Origin: Rhodospirillaceae bacterium UBA1479
GTDB taxonomy: Bacteria; Pseudomonadota; Alphaproteobacteria; Rhodospirillales; Casp-alpha2
DNA: 64,000 nucleotides
NCBI GenBank assembly: GCA_002325375.1
Contig: DCRZ01000003.1
Span: forward strand, 3,306-67,305
Direction of reading: 5' to 3'
Within the stretch, counting starts at the first letter, position 1. Every line of letters starts with the position of its first letter. Positions 62,059 to 64,000 of the stretch are shown piece after piece. Made by a program: the position numbers and the translations under genes. Below the pieces are notes generated by a model. It saw only the letters and a program-made list of their open reading frames with translations. It was not told the DNA's origin and did not search any database.

Positions 62059-64000
62059 ATGACGGCGGCGGACCTGCGGAAAGGGAATCTGGCCTTCCTG
62101 GAACAAGCCGCCGCGCCGGTGGCCGAAGCCCTTTCCCATCTACCGCCATCCGCCCCGGCGGCCCCTTCCCCCGAACCCCCGGCCAACCCGACTTTTATGT
62201 CACGCCTGGCCGTCCAGGCCCCGGAACCCGACGGTCGGGACCCTTATCTCACTCGTTTCATTCAGGATATCCTTACCGAGGCGCGGGCCGCGGACATTCC
62301 CCTTTTATCCTCTCCCACCTTTACCCTGTCCTGCGCCCTGATGGTGATGGGGGCACTGGAAACAGGCGGTTTGTTGAACTTTGTCCGCAAAACACGCTGC
62401 ATCTATCTGTTCGTCGTCATCGACGACCTTGAGCGGTTCAACGCCAACCTAGACCTCGTCGACTGGCCCGCCACGGCGCGTCAGGTGCGCAACCATGGGG
62501 GAGAGATATTCTTCATCCCATCGGATGATCCGGTCGTGATCGCCGGCAAGGCATATTCGATCCTTTCCGCGACCGCCCCCTGGGCCCTGGACGCCATGAC
62601 GATTGCGGCCTTCGGCCCTGTCCCCATCGCCCAACCCCTGGCCGACACCCTGGGCCGTCTGGGCTATCAGGCGCTTTCGACGCTCGGCACCTTCTATGAC
62701 AACTGCCTGATGCTGCGAAATTCAGAGAGCAACCTGCGGCAGCCGGAATCCTTTCTGTACACACGCCGGGCGCGGCCGGCGCAAAGCCTCCCGGCCTGGG
62801 TGGTCGGCAGCGGCCCGTCGCTGGACACGGACCTTGCCTTCCTGAAGAAAAACCAGGATCGCGCGGTGATGATCAGCTGTGGGTCCGCCTTGGCGCCTTT
62901 GATGGCGGCGGGCATTTGTCCGGATTTCCATGTCGAGTTGGAAAACCTGAATGTCGGCATGGTCCTGGATCCGGTGGCCCGATCGTTCGATCTAAGCCCC
63001 ATTCCCCTGGTTGCGCCGATCTCCGTCGATCCCGACGCCGTCGGCAAGTTCCGCTGCACCGTGTTCACCAGCCGCCAAAACCTGCCGACCCACTCCCTCT
63101 ATGCCCTGGATATGGACTGCCAGCCGATCCTCGGGGAGCCGACGGTCAGCAACCTCGCCCTGGCTTTTGCCCGTGAACAGAATTTCCCGGAAATCTGCTT
63201 CTTCGGCACCGACATGGGCGCGCGCGACCGCGACCGCGACCATGCGGACGGCACCTGGCACCGAACGTCCGGCGACGATTACCACGCCCCTGAATATGAC
63301 ATTCCGGTGCCCGGCAACTTCGGCGGCACGTGCCAGACCTCCGCAGGTCTCTACCAGGCTCTACAGGCCCTGTCCCTGGCCGTGAAACACGACCCTAATG
63401 ATCGCATCTATCTCAACTGTTCAGACGGCGCGGCGATCGAGGGCGCCCGGGCGGTTCGGTCTGCGGACCTGACGCCGCCGCCCGCGACGCAGCCGAAACA
63501 AAAAACCGTCGCGGCAATCCTCGACGATTTTGTTCCCTGGAACGCCTCCCGGATGCCGTCCCCCTGGCCGGGGCCGGAGATGATCGCGGAGATCGAGGGC
63601 CAGTTCCAACAACTCCGCGGTATCCTCAAGGGGATCCGGAATTTCGCCGACAAGGCCTATATCCCCATGGCCGGGCAGGTTTTCCGTTATGCGGAGGGGC
63701 ATACCGAACTCGCCCCGGCGGGCGCAAAAAGCGCTGCCAACATCCTGGTCCGCGGGACCGTCGGCATGCACCTCGTATTCATGGAATACTTCCTCAACCG
63801 GCTGTCGACGCCCGACCATCTGGCGCATATGGGCCAAGCTTGCCTGCGGTTCCTGGACCGGTCGTTGAACGAGATCCTGGCAGATGCCCGGGATCGCATC
63901 GGCGGTGACCGCGTTCGAAACATCCCGGATTTCGATGCGATCCGCACACCGCCCGGCGCACAATTTCCGCCGGGGCCGCCGATGCCGCGCAACGCGCCTT
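62059..64000 (+). CDS. maf: Maf/DUF115 (MptE-like) motility-associated factor glycosyltransferase (partial, runs off the right edge)
   Basis: Not in the ORF track because it has no stop in the window. Hand translation gives LGTFYDNCLMLRNS, VVGSGPSLD, ISCGSAL...PDFHVELE, PTVSNLAL, FFGTDMG, VPGNFGG, YLNCSDGAAIEGA. Confidence 0.8.
   Translation, partial: MTAADLRKGNLAFLEQAAAPVAEALSHLPPSAPAAPSPEPPANPTFMSRLAVQAPEPDGRDPYLTRFIQDILTEARAADIPLLSSPTFTLSCALMVMGALETGGLLNFVRKTRCIYLFVVIDDLERFNANLDLVDWPATARQVRNHGGEIFFIPSDDPVVIAGKAYSILSATAPWALDAMTIAAFGPVPIAQPLADTLGRLGYQALSTLGTFYDNCLMLRNSESNLRQPESFLYTRRARPAQSLPAWVVGSGPSLDTDLAFLKKNQDRAVMISCGSALAPLMAAGICPDFHVELENLNVGMVLDPVARSFDLSPIPLVAPISVDPDAVGKFRCTVFTSRQNLPTHSLYALDMDCQPILGEPTVSNLALAFAREQNFPEICFFGTDMGARDRDRDHADGTWHRTSGDDYHAPEYDIPVPGNFGGTCQTSAGLYQALQALSLAVKHDPNDRIYLNCSDGAAIEGARAVRSADLTPPPATQPKQKTVAAILDDFVPWNASRMPSPWPGPEMIAEIEGQFQQLRGILKGIRNFADKAYIPMAGQVFRYAEGHTELAPAGAKSAANILVRGTVGMHLVFMEYFLNRLSTPDHLAHMGQACLRFLDRSLNEILADARDRIGGDRVRNIPDFDAIRTPPGAQFPPGPPMPRNAP

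Overview
High-GC alphaproteobacterial chromosome segment (Rhodospirillales-like, inferred from gene order and families), almost entirely core genome. I found no tRNA, rRNA, CRISPR array, integrase or transposase. Left to right: a partial TPR/SHOCT-like lipoprotein; a GNAT - tartrate/D-malate dehydrogenase - PLP dehydratase block under a divergent MocR regulator; the conserved yebC-ruvCAB-ybgC-tolQRAB-pal-cpoB-tilS-ftsH-folP-glmM-thiD run; zauP-like/zapA/6S RNA/ygfA/ymdB; gap, a truncated class II aldolase-like gene, thiE, efp and suhB. Next come an uncharacterised three-gene module (Pro-rich OmpA-like, MotA/TolQ-like, coiled-coil MotB-like) plus an MFS transporter, then cyaY, rpmE, a membrane class III nucleotide cyclase, ibpA with an RpoH promoter and ROSE-like thermometer, two thioesterases, a quinone oxidoreductase and trcR. 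An acyl-CoA metabolic block follows (CoA transferase, tandem VOC protein, enoyl-CoA hydratase, GntR, aminotransferase, aldehyde dehydrogenase, prpE, acyl-CoA ligase). The right end holds a low-GC orphan, pfkA between two DUF465 genes, gpx, sulP, a DEAD-box helicase, a degenerate GGDEF gene, purEK, a hypothetical gene, COQ9, def, rpsU and a partial Maf/DUF115 gene. The best candidates for undescribed biology are the orphan MotAB/ZorAB-like ion-motor module (27643-31107) and the GntR-controlled CoA transferase/VOC/hydratase operon (39516-43252). All family calls come from motif recognition by eye; no database search or folding program was run.
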